The translations under genes were made by a program, and so were the position numbers. Shown one piece after another: positions 20,879 through 34,845 of a stretch of DNA of 64,000 nt (the first letter of the stretch is position 1; each line of letters begins with the position of its first letter). The DNA lies in assembly GCA_944391715.1 (NCBI GenBank), contig CALXUP010000008.1, positions 1,036 through 65,035 on the forward strand. Reading direction: 5' to 3'. The DNA comes from an uncultured Alphaproteobacteria bacterium. Lineage in GTDB: Bacteria > Pseudomonadota > Alphaproteobacteria > RF32 > CAG-239. The notes beneath the pieces were generated by a model. The model was given only the letters and a program-made list of their open reading frames with translations. It had not been told where the DNA came from and did not search any database.

Positions 20879-22228
20879 GTGAAACACTATTATATAAAAA
20901 CTTTCGGCTGCCAGATGAACGTATATGATTCCGAGCGCATTGCCGATATTCTGCAAACTCTTGGATACCGGGAAGCCTCTTCTCCCCGGGAAGCTGATTT
21001 GATTATATTCAACACCTGCCACATCAGGGAAAAAGCCGCCGAAAAAGTTTTTTCGGATCTCGGCCGCATAAACCTCATCAAAGAAGAACGCCGCGAACAG
21101 GGAAAAGAAACAACCATCGGTGTTGTCGGTTGTGTTGTCCAGGCCGAAGACGAACAAATTGCCAAACGGGCGCCGTTTGTTGATTTTGCCACCGGCCCGT
21201 TAACCTATCACCGCATTCCGGAAATCCTTGCAAAAGTCAACCGGAAAAAAGGTATTCCGGTTATTGATACCGAATTTCCGGCTGAATCAAAATTTGATTT
21301 TTTGCCGCAAAATTCCAACAGTCTGTCTTGCGCTTTTCTGGCCGTACAGGAAGGCTGCAATAATTTCTGCACCTATTGCGTTGTTCCCTACACCCGCGGA
21401 GCCGAATATTCCCGTCCGGTAAAAGAAATAGTCGAAGAAGCCCGCCGGCTGGTTCAAAACGGAGCATTGGAAATCAACCTGCTGGGTCAAAATGTCAATT
21501 CATACCACGGCGAAGACACCGCCGGAAAAGAACGCCCCTTGTCGTACCTTTTGCGTGAGCTGGCAAAAATAGACGGCTTAAAACGCCTGCGTTATACAAC
21601 CTCTTATCCGGCAGATATGACGGATGACTTAATCGAATGCCACCGAGACCTGGACAAACTGATGCCCTATCTGCATCTTCCGGTACAGTCCGGTTCCGAT
21701 AAAATTCTGAAAGCAATGAACCGCCGCCATACGTCGTCCGACTACCTGAAGGTCATCGAAAAATTGCACAAAGCCAATCCGGACATCGGAATGTCGTCAG
21801 ACTTCATTGTCGGTTTTCCCGGCGAAACGGATGAAGACTTTCAGGCCACGTTAGATATTGTCAATCAGGTAAAATACATTCAGGCTTTTTCATTCAAATA
21901 TTCCCGAAGAGCCGGAACGCCTGCCGCATTGTTAAAAAACCAGATAGAAGAAAAGGTCAAAAAAGAGCGGCTGGATATCCTGCAGAATTTGCTGTTCTCC
22001 TATCAGCTAAAGTTTAATAAAGATTCCGTCGGCAAAATAATGCCCGTACTTTTTGAAAGCCGGGGCCGCGGACGCAATCAGCTTTTCGGCCGGACACCTT
22101 ATATGCAAAACCTGCATGCCGAACTGGATAAAAGCTGCTTAAACAAAATCATAAACATAAAAATAACCGAAGCAACAACAAACTCCCTGATTGGGGTTAT
22201 GGAAGGGGGAACGCCATGTCAGAAATAA
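20879..22228 (+). CDS. miaB: tRNA-i6A37 methylthiotransferase MiaB
   Basis: GTG start. Starts MKHYYIKTFGCQMNVYDSE and has the radical-SAM motif CNNFCTYCVVP and a TRAM C-terminus. Confidence 0.95.
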   Translation: MKHYYIKTFGCQMNVYDSERIADILQTLGYREASSPREADLIIFNTCHIREKAAEKVFSDLGRINLIKEERREQGKETTIGVVGCVVQAEDEQIAKRAPFVDFATGPLTYHRIPEILAKVNRKKGIPVIDTEFPAESKFDFLPQNSNSLSCAFLAVQEGCNNFCTYCVVPYTRGAEYSRPVKEIVEEARRLVQNGALEINLLGQNVNSYHGEDTAGKERPLSYLLRELAKIDGLKRLRYTTSYPADMTDDLIECHRDLDKLMPYLHLPVQSGSDKILKAMNRRHTSSDYLKVIEKLHKANPDIGMSSDFIVGFPGETDEDFQATLDIVNQVKYIQAFSFKYSRRAGTPAALLKNQIEEKVKKERLDILQNLLFSYQLKFNKDSVGKIMPVLFESRGRGRNQLFGRTPYMQNLHAELDKSCLNKIINIKITEATTNSLIGVMEGGTPCQK

Positions 22229-23181
22229 ATCTTGAACTTTATAATAACCTCTTGGTACAACAAGTCGTCGGACCGCAAGATTCGCATTTGCGGCTGCTTG
22301 AGAAACTGTTAAATGTCGAAATTTCGTCTTTCGGCAATCAGATCAAAATCACCGGCGGAAAAGATGCTGCCGTACAGGCTCAGACCGCTATTGACATTTT
22401 ATACCACAAAGCCGGCAAAAATATTGACATTAACGAAGAAGAAGTCAAAGCCGCCGTTCGCATTTCCGGTGTCGGAGCCGAAAAAATCGCAGAAGACAAT
22501 ATGGAAGACATTGTTCTGAAAACCAAAAAGCGCCACATTTACCCGCGTTCAGCCACTCAGGCTGCCTATATCAAAGAGATGATGAAAAACGAGCTGGTCT
22601 TCGGTCTCGGGCCGGCCGGCACCGGCAAAACCTATTTGGCTGTTGCCCTGGCCGTATCAATGATGCTGGAAGGTAAAATCGATAAAATCATCTTATCCCG
22701 CCCGGCCGTTGAAGCAGGAGAAAATCTCGGTTTTCTGCCCGGTGACCTAAAGGAAAAAGTCGACCCTTACCTTCGTCCGTTGTATGATGCTTTATACGAA
22801 ATGCTGCCGGCAGAACAAGTTGATAAAAAACTTGCCCTCGGCGAAATCGAAATTGCACCGCTGGCTTTTATGCGCGGCCGCACATTGTCCAACTCTTTTA
22901 TCATTCTGGACGAGGCGCAAAATACCACCCCGATGCAGATGAAAATGTTTTTAACCCGTCTGGGCGAAAATTCCCGCATGGTTGTTAACGGCGACCTCAG
23001 CCAGGTTGACCTTCCCAAAGGAACAATCTCCGGCCTGCGCGATTCGTTGGAAACGTTAAAAGGCATTGACAACATCAGCTCTGTCCGTTTCAGTGCCGCC
23101 GACGTCGTCCGCCACGGACTGGTAGCCAAAATTGTAAAGGCTTATGAAGAAAGGAGCAAAAAAACATACGGCGATGAGTAA
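22216..23181 (+). CDS. phoH: PhoH-like ATPase (YbeZ)
   Basis: 321 aa with GPAGTGKTYLAVA and ILDEAQN. miaB-phoH-ybeY context. Confidence 0.92.
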   Translation: MSEINLELYNNLLVQQVVGPQDSHLRLLEKLLNVEISSFGNQIKITGGKDAAVQAQTAIDILYHKAGKNIDINEEEVKAAVRISGVGAEKIAEDNMEDIVLKTKKRHIYPRSATQAAYIKEMMKNELVFGLGPAGTGKTYLAVALAVSMMLEGKIDKIILSRPAVEAGENLGFLPGDLKEKVDPYLRPLYDALYEMLPAEQVDKKLALGEIEIAPLAFMRGRTLSNSFIILDEAQNTTPMQMKMFLTRLGENSRMVVNGDLSQVDLPKGTISGLRDSLETLKGIDNISSVRFSAADVVRHGLVAKIVKAYEERSKKTYGDE

Positions 23182-23692
23182 TACCCGTCTTTTAATCTCT
23201 GTTTCGGAAGACCGCTGGAACCGGGCTCTGCCCGATTTCGGAGGTCTGTCCAACAATGTTATGACAACGGTTTTTGCCCATGTTTCCGCCTTGGGCGAAA
23301 TTGATTTCTGGGACGAAAAAAAACCGTTAAGTGTCAACCTCTGCCTCAGTAATGATACGGAAGTCCAAAAGCTAAACAAAGAATTCCGCGGTATGGACAA
23401 ACCGACCAACGTCTTGTCTTTTGCCAATATTGATGATGAAAATTTTGCAGAGGACTGTGAACTTTATGAGGAAATAGAACTCGGTGATATCATCATCGCC
23501 CTGGAAACGCTGGAACGGGAAGCCGACCTAAAAAACATTCCGCTTGCCGACCACTATAGCCATCTTCTGACTCACGGCTTGCTGCACCTGCTCGGCTTCG
23601 ACCACATCGAAGACGACGAAGCCGAATATATGGAAAAATGCGAAATTGATATTCTGAAAAAACTGAATATCAAAAATCCCTATTCGGAATAA
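23174..23692 (+). CDS. ybeY: rRNA maturation endoribonuclease YbeY
   Basis: HGLLHLLGFDH zinc motif. The start at 23174 overlaps the end of phoH. Confidence 0.92.
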   Translation: MSNTRLLISVSEDRWNRALPDFGGLSNNVMTTVFAHVSALGEIDFWDEKKPLSVNLCLSNDTEVQKLNKEFRGMDKPTNVLSFANIDDENFAEDCELYEEIELGDIIIALETLEREADLKNIPLADHYSHLLTHGLLHLLGFDHIEDDEAEYMEKCEIDILKKLNIKNPYSE

Positions 23693-23728
23693 AAACCTTT
23701 TTTCACCTGCCGTTTCCGCGGCAAGAAA

Positions 23729-25279
23729 ATGAAAGCTGCACATATGTCCGCAAAGAACTTGATTGCCAAACTTGTTTCCTATCCCAAAATCTGTGCTTTT
23801 GTTTTGGGTTGGATAAGTGTCTATGCCCTGCCGCCTTTTTATATATTTCCGATTCTCTTTTTGAGCTTTTCCGGCCTCTTCCTGCTGCTGACAAAAACAG
23901 CCGACACACCGGGAAAAGCATGGAAACTCGGTTATTTTTTCGGATTTGGACATTTTGCTTTCGGCCTGTCCTGGATTGGCAATGCTCTGTTGCTGGACAT
24001 TGCAACCCTTGGCTGGCTCTATCCGCTCTGTCTGTTGGCCGGCGGGGCATTTTTCGGACTGTTCACGGCCGTTCCGCTCTGGCTCTCTTTTTATTTCTCT
24101 TCTCTGACGGCAAAAATACTGGCTTTCGCCGGTTTCTGGGGAATCAGCGAATGGCTGCGCAGTTTTATCCTCACCGGTTTTCCGTGGAATCTTCTCGGTT
24201 CGGTTTTTGCGTTTTCGGACACAATGCTGCAAACGGCTTCCATCTGGGGAACATATGGCCTTTCGGTCATCACAATCCTTATATCGTCCTTTCCGGCATT
24301 GTATCTATGCACGCCGCAAAAAAAGAAACTGTTACCGGCAATCGGCGTTCCGATTCTGCTGTTTTTCATACTTAGCGGATTCGGACTGTTAAGGCTGCAA
24401 AACGCTTCCGTTCAGCCCGGCAAGACAGCAATCCGCATTGTCCAACCCAGCATCCCGCAAAAAATGAAATGGGATAGCAAAGCTTTGGAAGAAAATCTTC
24501 AAAAATACATAGACTTAAGCCGTTCTCCGGGACTGGATAAAATCGATTTTGTCGTTTGGGGAGAGACTGCTGTTCCTTTCCCGCTGGATATTGACACCGC
24601 ACATCGCCGGGCCGTTACCCGGGCTATTCCGGACAACGGCTATCTGATAACCGGCGCCGTCCGTTACGAAGAAAGCCCCGACGGCCGCTACATTCCGTAC
24701 AATTCTATGTTCATCATTGATAAAAGCGGAACAATTTCCGCCGGTTACGACAAAAGTCATCTTGTCCCTTTCGGAGAATACATACCGCTGCGGCAATATC
24801 TGCCGGACTGGATACGACCGGTTACCAACACAATCGCCGATTTTCACCCCGGCTCCGGCCCGCAAAACATCAAAATCGGAGCACATCCGGAGTTAAATGT
24901 TACCATTTGTTATGAAATAATTTTTCCTCATCAGATCGTCAATCTTCAAAAAAAACCGTCCTGGATGGTAAATCTGACCAATGACGGCTGGTACGGCGAT
25001 TCGATGGGGCCTTATCAACACCTGACAGCTGCCCGGCTGCGCGCCGTTGAAGAAGGCATTACCATAATCCGCGCCGCAAACAGCGGTATCAGTGCGGCCA
25101 TCTCTCCGTATGGGCAAATCATATCGGAAATTCCGTTAAACATTCCGGATTTTACCGATTTATACCTGCCGCAAACAGCATACGTCTTTACATTCTATAA
25201 CAAATATGGTAACCGTTTACCTGTAGCATTATGTATTTTCAACATACTACTTGCTGGTTATATCTCACGGAAAAAATAA
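23729..25279 (+). CDS. lnt: apolipoprotein N-acyltransferase
   Basis: 516 aa with an N-terminal multi-TM region and a C-terminal nitrilase-like domain (VVWGETA, ICYE, NDGWY). Confidence 0.92.
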   Translation: MKAAHMSAKNLIAKLVSYPKICAFVLGWISVYALPPFYIFPILFLSFSGLFLLLTKTADTPGKAWKLGYFFGFGHFAFGLSWIGNALLLDIATLGWLYPLCLLAGGAFFGLFTAVPLWLSFYFSSLTAKILAFAGFWGISEWLRSFILTGFPWNLLGSVFAFSDTMLQTASIWGTYGLSVITILISSFPALYLCTPQKKKLLPAIGVPILLFFILSGFGLLRLQNASVQPGKTAIRIVQPSIPQKMKWDSKALEENLQKYIDLSRSPGLDKIDFVVWGETAVPFPLDIDTAHRRAVTRAIPDNGYLITGAVRYEESPDGRYIPYNSMFIIDKSGTISAGYDKSHLVPFGEYIPLRQYLPDWIRPVTNTIADFHPGSGPQNIKIGAHPELNVTICYEIIFPHQIVNLQKKPSWMVNLTNDGWYGDSMGPYQHLTAARLRAVEEGITIIRAANSGISAAISPYGQIISEIPLNIPDFTDLYLPQTAYVFTFYNKYGNRLPVALCIFNILLAGYISRKK

Positions 25280-25430
25280 TAAATCTGAAAAAAGAGATAA
25301 GTTCATCAACAATTGTTATATAAGCAAAAAACAATATAACATATTATATAAAAAATTTGTTGACGATAAGCTCTGAAAATCATATTTATAGTATAGAGTT
25401 AGATAAAAACGAAAGCATAAAGGAAAGAAA

Positions 25431-25928
25431 ATGACTGCTGAAACTTTTAAACGATCAAGTCGGGGGAGAACTCCAACAGGACAACCTAACCCCATCGATG
25501 TACATGTAGGCAACCGCATCCGCCTGCGTCGTACGCTTCTCGGATTAAGCCAGGAAAAAATGGCTTCTTTATTGGGACTGACTTTCCAACAGGTTCAAAA
25601 ATATGAACGTGGTATGAACCGAGTCGGAGCAAGCCGTTTGTGGGACATTAGTAAAGTTTTGGAAGTTCCTATCGGTTTCTTCTATGAAGATATGAATCAG
25701 GAAGTTGCCAACCAAAGCCCGAGAATGTTCAGCATACCTGACAGCACACCGTTAAGTTTGGCTGAAGATGATGCTGCTTTTGATACTGACCCGATGAACC
25801 GTCAGGAAACAATAGAACTTGTTCGCGCTTATTACAAAATTCCTAACCGTAAAGCTGCCAAACATGTCTATGATTTAATTATCGCCTTATCAAAAAGTAC
25901 TTACAACAAAGACGACGATAACGAATAA
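25431..25928 (+). CDS. XRE-family helix-turn-helix transcriptional regulator
   Basis: 165 aa with VGNRIRLRRTLLGLSQEKMASLLGLTFQQVQKYERGMNRV, a classic HTH_3. Confidence 0.85.
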   Translation: MTAETFKRSSRGRTPTGQPNPIDVHVGNRIRLRRTLLGLSQEKMASLLGLTFQQVQKYERGMNRVGASRLWDISKVLEVPIGFFYEDMNQEVANQSPRMFSIPDSTPLSLAEDDAAFDTDPMNRQETIELVRAYYKIPNRKAAKHVYDLIIALSKSTYNKDDDNE

Positions 25929-26013
25929 TCTATAGTATAACTGATAAAAAAAGCTGGATAAATTCCGGCTTTTTTTTATGCTGGCATAAACAAACACAAT
26001 AAAGGAAAAGCAA

Positions 26014-27168
26014 ATGCAAGATTATCTGTTTACAAGCGAATCCGTATCCGAAGGACATCCGGATAAAGTATGTGACCGCATTTCTGACGCAATAACCGAT
26101 CTGTATTTAAGCAAAGATTCCAATGCCCGTACGGCTGTTGAAACCCTGGCCACCACCAACCGGGTCATCATATCCGGAGAAACCGGCAGCAATGCCGTTA
26201 TCCTTCCGGAAGACATTACGGATACCGTCCGAAAGACAATTCGGGAAATCGGCTATGCCCAAAAAGGGTTCAACTGGCAAAATGTCCGCATTGATAACCT
26301 GCTGCACAGCCAGTCATCCGACATCGCGTTAGGCGTAAACAATGACGGAGCCGGAGACCAGGGCATTATGTTCGGCTATGCAAAAAAGGAAAAAGGCTTT
26401 GACAGCAATTATATGCCTCTGGCCATTTTCTGGGCTCATAAAATTCTTCAAAATCTCAGCCTTTCCCGCCATAACGGCGAAATTCCGGGAATCGAACCCG
26501 ATGCTAAAGCTCAGGTAACTCTGCGTTATGCCAACGGAAAAGCCGTCGGCATCACCAAACTGGTTGTCTCAACCCAACACGCCGAAGCCCTCAGCCAGGA
26601 ACAGGTTCACGAAATCGTAAAGCAAAATCTGCAAAAAACCATTCCGGCAGATTTTTTACCGTCTGAAAAAGACATTCTGATAAACCCGACCGGCCGGTTT
26701 GTCATCGGCGGCCCTGACGGAGATACCGGCTTGACCGGACGAAAAATCATCGTTGACACTTACGGCGGCTATGCCCCGCACGGCGGCGGCGCTTTTTCCG
26801 GTAAAGATGCCACCAAAGTAGACCGTTCGGCGGCTTATATGCTCCGCTACCTGGCAAAAAACGTTGTTGCTGCCGGATTAGCCGACGAATGTCTGCTCCA
26901 GCTTTCTTATGCCATCGGTATTAAAGAACCTTTGTCTTTCTTTATCGACTGCAAAGGAACCGCCAAAGTTGAAGAACAAAAAATCTTGTACATTTTGAAA
27001 GATATGGTAGATTTAAGCCCGAAAGGCATCATCCGCCGCCTTGGGCTTGACCGGCCGATTTACACACCGACATCGAGCTACGGACATTTCGGCAGACAAC
27101 CGGAAGCAAACGGATGCTTTTCCTGGGAAAAAACCGACTTATGCGAGGCCCTCAAAAAATGTTTCTGA
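26014..27168 (+). CDS. metK: S-adenosylmethionine synthetase
   Basis: 384 aa with FTSESVSEGHPDK, GAGDQG and GGGAFSGKD motifs. Confidence 0.98.
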   Translation: MQDYLFTSESVSEGHPDKVCDRISDAITDLYLSKDSNARTAVETLATTNRVIISGETGSNAVILPEDITDTVRKTIREIGYAQKGFNWQNVRIDNLLHSQSSDIALGVNNDGAGDQGIMFGYAKKEKGFDSNYMPLAIFWAHKILQNLSLSRHNGEIPGIEPDAKAQVTLRYANGKAVGITKLVVSTQHAEALSQEQVHEIVKQNLQKTIPADFLPSEKDILINPTGRFVIGGPDGDTGLTGRKIIVDTYGGYAPHGGGAFSGKDATKVDRSAAYMLRYLAKNVVAAGLADECLLQLSYAIGIKEPLSFFIDCKGTAKVEEQKILYILKDMVDLSPKGIIRRLGLDRPIYTPTSSYGHFGRQPEANGCFSWEKTDLCEALKKCF

Positions 27169-27905
27169 CAAACAGCCAACCAAAATTTTACGGCCGCCGG
27201 CAAGGCAGAAAATTGCGCAAAGCAAAATCAGCTTTGATTGATTCTTTTTTGCCGCAGCTGACAATCACCCCGGCAACCGTATTTGATAAAAAAAGCCTGT
27301 TCGGCCATCCGGTAGAAAAAATCTGCCTGGAAGTCGGTTTCGGCAACGGCGAACATATTGCCGGCCAGGCCTTAAAAAATCCCCAAGACGGATTTATCGG
27401 CGCAGAAGTTTTCAAAAACGGCATAGCCTCGCTGCTCAGCCTGCTGACCGGCATAAAAGAAGGTGCCGGTCTGCCGGAAAAAATAACGCTGCTCCCGGAA
27501 AGAACAGATAACGTCCGCATTTTTGACAATGATATACGACTGTTATTCTCCCGCATTCCGGATGGTTTTATCGATAAAGTCTTTATCCTTTTTCCGGATC
27601 CCTGGCCTAAAAAAAGACATGCTTTCCGCCGGTTTGTCAACCCGGAAAATCTGAAAGAAATTGCTCGCATCTTAAAAAAAGGAGGCCTGCTGCGCATTGC
27701 GACCGACCATAAAATATACAAAGGCTGGGCTCTCCGCCAAACCTGCAATTTTACCAATGACAAAGGAGAAAAAATTTTTCGTTGGACAGCTCGCAGCAGC
27801 AACGACTGGCGCTTGCCGCCTCAGGACTGGGTAGAAACAAAATATCAGCGTAAAGCCCTTGCTGAAGGACGCAAACCGGTATTTTTCGATTTTGAAAAAT
27901 TATAA
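27159..27905 (+). CDS. trmB: tRNA (guanine46-N7)-methyltransferase
   Basis: EVGFGNGEH and FPDPWPKKRH motifs. I prefer the ATG at 27159, which overlaps the metK stop. Confidence 0.88.
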   Translation: MFLTNSQPKFYGRRQGRKLRKAKSALIDSFLPQLTITPATVFDKKSLFGHPVEKICLEVGFGNGEHIAGQALKNPQDGFIGAEVFKNGIASLLSLLTGIKEGAGLPEKITLLPERTDNVRIFDNDIRLLFSRIPDGFIDKVFILFPDPWPKKRHAFRRFVNPENLKEIARILKKGGLLRIATDHKIYKGWALRQTCNFTNDKGEKIFRWTARSSNDWRLPPQDWVETKYQRKALAEGRKPVFFDFEKL

Positions 27906-28400
27906 TCACTGCGTAACGATTGCCGGCTGCGTATTAGGCGTCGTAACTTCATTAACGTCTTTAATCGGAAAAGCCTGCACATCAACAATATCATCACCCT
28001 GCTGGTACAATTCGTTTTCAATCTTTCCGTTTTCCGGTAAAGGGATTTGTCCCGGGCCTAACGCCTCTCCGACTTCATCATTGGCAATCAGTTTAGAAAC
28101 ATTTTTCTTTGGTTGGGAAGGAAGCGCCGGCATATTTGCCCCGGCTGCTTTTCCGAAATTATCATCACTCCCCATTTCGGCAATCGGATTTCCTAACGGA
28201 TTAGGCGCACCATCCGGCTGCTCAACTTCAAAAACGTTTTCTTTTCCTGAGGGCGTTTGTGCCGCACCATAAACAACCGTTTCCTGAGCAGGAGGAACCT
28301 CTTCGTTAATCGTAACCATTTTGGCTTCAACCGGTTTAGGACTGTTTACCGCACAATACGCCCACAAAATCATCGTCAGATTTCGCAAAGCCTCATCCAT
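27906..28400 (-). CDS. hypothetical Pro/Gly/Asn-rich, probably exported protein (164 aa)
   Basis: ORF downstream of the lysozyme-like gene. The sequence is low-complexity and acidic. Confidence 0.45.
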   Translation of the reverse strand: MDEALRNLTMILWAYCAVNSPKPVEAKMVTINEEVPPAQETVVYGAAQTPSGKENVFEVEQPDGAPNPLGNPIAEMGSDDNFGKAAGANMPALPSQPKKNVSKLIANDEVGEALGPGQIPLPENGKIENELYQQGDDIVDVQAFPIKDVNEVTTPNTQPAIVTQ

Positions 28401-28476
28401 TTTTACACCTTTCTGTTTTTTTGCTTTGCTATGCAGATAATCGCTTTTTCAAAAAAAACAAGAAGGTGAATAAAGA

Positions 28477-29688
28477 TTAAGCGCGGCAGGCCTTTTGCAA
28501 AGCGGCATATCTCTGGGCAAAATCGTTCAAAGCCAGAGTAGAACCGGCAAACAAATCCTGCTGGGCTTTTTCATCAATAATGTCTTTCAAACGCCGTTTT
28601 CCGGATTTGCAAACCTGCATAACCTTGCGCATTGTCGCCTCATCCATTTTGGGAGTATAATAACCGTCTTTGTCGGCACGTCCGTATTTATACAAATCAC
28701 GCACGCTCAGATTAAAATGTCCGCCCGGCGACATTTCCAAAAGTTCCTGAGGTTCCAGACGGTGGCAATACAACGCCATCTCAAGCCACCGGCGTTTCAA
28801 CAATCCTTCATGCAAAATCCCGCCGCCGGCAGTTTTCCAACCGCTCAATTTCCGTGCACATTCAAAATCGCTTTTCCCGCTGTTAACAGCTTTCAAGAAT
28901 TCGCTCGGTTGGCGTTTTCTACCGTTTTCATCATACCCAAGGCCGGCAAAATTAGCGCTTCCGACTGCGTAAATAAAGGCACTGACGGCCATCAACTGAC
29001 TATCATCCAAATCTTTCGTAACATACTTTTCAATGGCCGGAAAAACATCTTTCCGCAAATGAGCCTGCGTATACAAACGCGCCGTAGTCTTATCAATCGG
29101 AGCATCATTCATCGTTACCGGAGAACCGTCCGGTTTGTAACAGGAACCGTAACCGATGGTAGCAGCTCCGCCGCTCATATAAGGATACGGCTCATAATTT
29201 TCCATCAGGGCAATCATTGCCACAATCTTATTTTCAATTTGACACAAGCGCTGTCCGTTCTTTGTAGAAAATTTGTTTGCTGTCGACGGCAAAGTAATTT
29301 TCTGCCGGTTATAATGACGGTTAACCGCATTTTTAGCAGGAGCTGCTTTCAATTGAGCCAAAATTTTATTTGTTTTGCGAGTCTGAGACTTTTTCTTGAC
29401 TGTCGGCTTTTGAGCTACTGCCAAAATACGTTCAAATGATGTTGTCTCTATAAATTTTTCTATATTTCCCTTGTCCGAAGTTTCAACAACTTGCTGAGTC
29501 TTTTCTTTTATCTCCTGCTGTTGTACGTTTTTGGCAACTACTTCGGTTTTGACCTGCTGCTTTTCCTGCTGCTGCTTATTTTCAATAAAATTGCGAATAA
29601 AAAACGGCGCTGATAAAATAAGCGCACCTTGTAATACTTTCAAAACATTATTTTTAACTTTTTCTTTCTTAAATAAACGCATATTCAT
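28477..29688 (-). CDS. membrane-anchored protein with a C-terminal GH24 phage-lysozyme-like domain
   Basis: N-terminal TM (VLQGALILSAPFFI) and a Q/K-rich linker. Then ENYEPYPYMSGGAATIGYG and ...GLLKRRWLEMALY, resembling the GH24 E...TIGYG...GLxxRRxxE pattern. Confidence 0.55.
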   Translation of the reverse strand: MNMRLFKKEKVKNNVLKVLQGALILSAPFFIRNFIENKQQQEKQQVKTEVVAKNVQQQEIKEKTQQVVETSDKGNIEKFIETTSFERILAVAQKPTVKKKSQTRKTNKILAQLKAAPAKNAVNRHYNRQKITLPSTANKFSTKNGQRLCQIENKIVAMIALMENYEPYPYMSGGAATIGYGSCYKPDGSPVTMNDAPIDKTTARLYTQAHLRKDVFPAIEKYVTKDLDDSQLMAVSAFIYAVGSANFAGLGYDENGRKRQPSEFLKAVNSGKSDFECARKLSGWKTAGGGILHEGLLKRRWLEMALYCHRLEPQELLEMSPGGHFNLSVRDLYKYGRADKDGYYTPKMDEATMRKVMQVCKSGKRRLKDIIDEKAQQDLFAGSTLALNDFAQRYAALQKACRA

Positions 29689-29902
29689 TGACCCATCCGG
29701 TTAAAATCTTGAAACTGTCAGTTACTATACCACATTAGACAAATTTCGTCAATATATTTTGTCATTTTTCTTATTTTCTCCAAATAAGTCCCAAAGCTCA
29801 ATTTCACTCTACACAAAAAAAACCTCCCGGAAACGTTTCCGAAAGGCTTTTTTCAAATCAAATTTCTCAACTTAAAAAGCAATTCCAAGACCAAAATTTT
29901 CA

Positions 29903-30091
29903 TCACAATCCGGCCTTATAGCGCATAAACTCCAGCTGAAGAGCCTCCAGTTTATCACTAAGAGAACGGATTATTTTATTTTTTTCGTCCAGCTTATGTT
30001 GATAAATCTTAACTAAAACCAATGCCGCTACAGTACTAACGACAGAAACGGCAATAAAAATCCATGTTTCGGCATTCATACTCTTAAACAA
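29903..30091 (-). CDS. small single-TM protein with a coiled-coil tail (62 aa)
   Basis: N-terminal TM (WIFIAVSVVSTVAALVLV) followed by a heptad-like tail. Confidence 0.45.
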   Translation of the reverse strand: MFKSMNAETWIFIAVSVVSTVAALVLVKIYQHKLDEKNKIIRSLSDKLEALQLEFMRYKAGL

Positions 30092-30101
30092 TAAAAAAAA
30101 T

Positions 30102-30491
30102 TTAAATTATATTTGATTTCTGAATCTGCTCTGTTCCAAGATTTTTATTTTTGACATTTGCTTGTTCCTGAATTCGTTCTATTGCCCCCAAACAGTCAAA
30201 AGAACCGCCATTAGTCAAAATATCTTGTCTTCGTTTTTCCAAATCACAAAAATAATAGCCAACAAGCTCTTTATTTCCGTACTTTAAAACAACATCCAAC
30301 AAACGATTGGTTTCTTCCTGTTCGGCTTTTTTCCTGCGTTTAAGAACATCATACATTTCCTGATAAGCATCAACCCGATCTGAAAGTTTCACATTTTTGC
30401 GCTGTAAATAAACAATCCTGACCTGCTGCAAAATCACAATGCAAAGAAAAAGCAAAAAACAAACAACCACAAAAATAATTTGAACACCCAT
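30102..30491 (-). CDS. small single-TM protein with a charged coiled-coil domain (129 aa)
   Basis: N-terminal TM (QIIFVVVCFLLFLCIVIL) followed by a charged helical region. Confidence 0.5.
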   Translation of the reverse strand: MGVQIIFVVVCFLLFLCIVILQQVRIVYLQRKNVKLSDRVDAYQEMYDVLKRRKKAEQEETNRLLDVVLKYGNKELVGYYFCDLEKRRQDILTNGGSFDCLGAIERIQEQANVKNKNLGTEQIQKSNII

Positions 30492-30589
30492 AATAATAAA
30501 ATTTAAAAAGTTAATAATTCCGTTAATCGGATATAACTTACTATTTCAACAAAATTTTGTCAAACAAAAACATCCTCTAACTATATACG

Positions 30590-30624
30590 GTAAAAAAAAA
30601 TCCCCGATATTATCAGGGATTTTC
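30590..30624 (-). terminator. intrinsic terminator after rpoC
   Basis: Stem aaatccc / gggattt around 30598-30623. On the minus strand a run of 9 T follows (complement of 30592-30600). Confidence 0.7.
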
Positions 30625-30648
30625 TTCAGACTTTTTATCCAAAAACAA

Positions 30649-34824
<4,176 letters not shown>

Positions 34825-34845
34825 ATTTTTAAAACTCCTCTTACC

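Noticed and set aside
23528-24392. ORFs 23528-24232 (-), 23703-24050 (-) and 23809-24375 (+) overlapping lnt
   Set aside because: These are alternative or antisense frames of the Lnt membrane domain. The Lnt frame is continuous and carries the family motifs.
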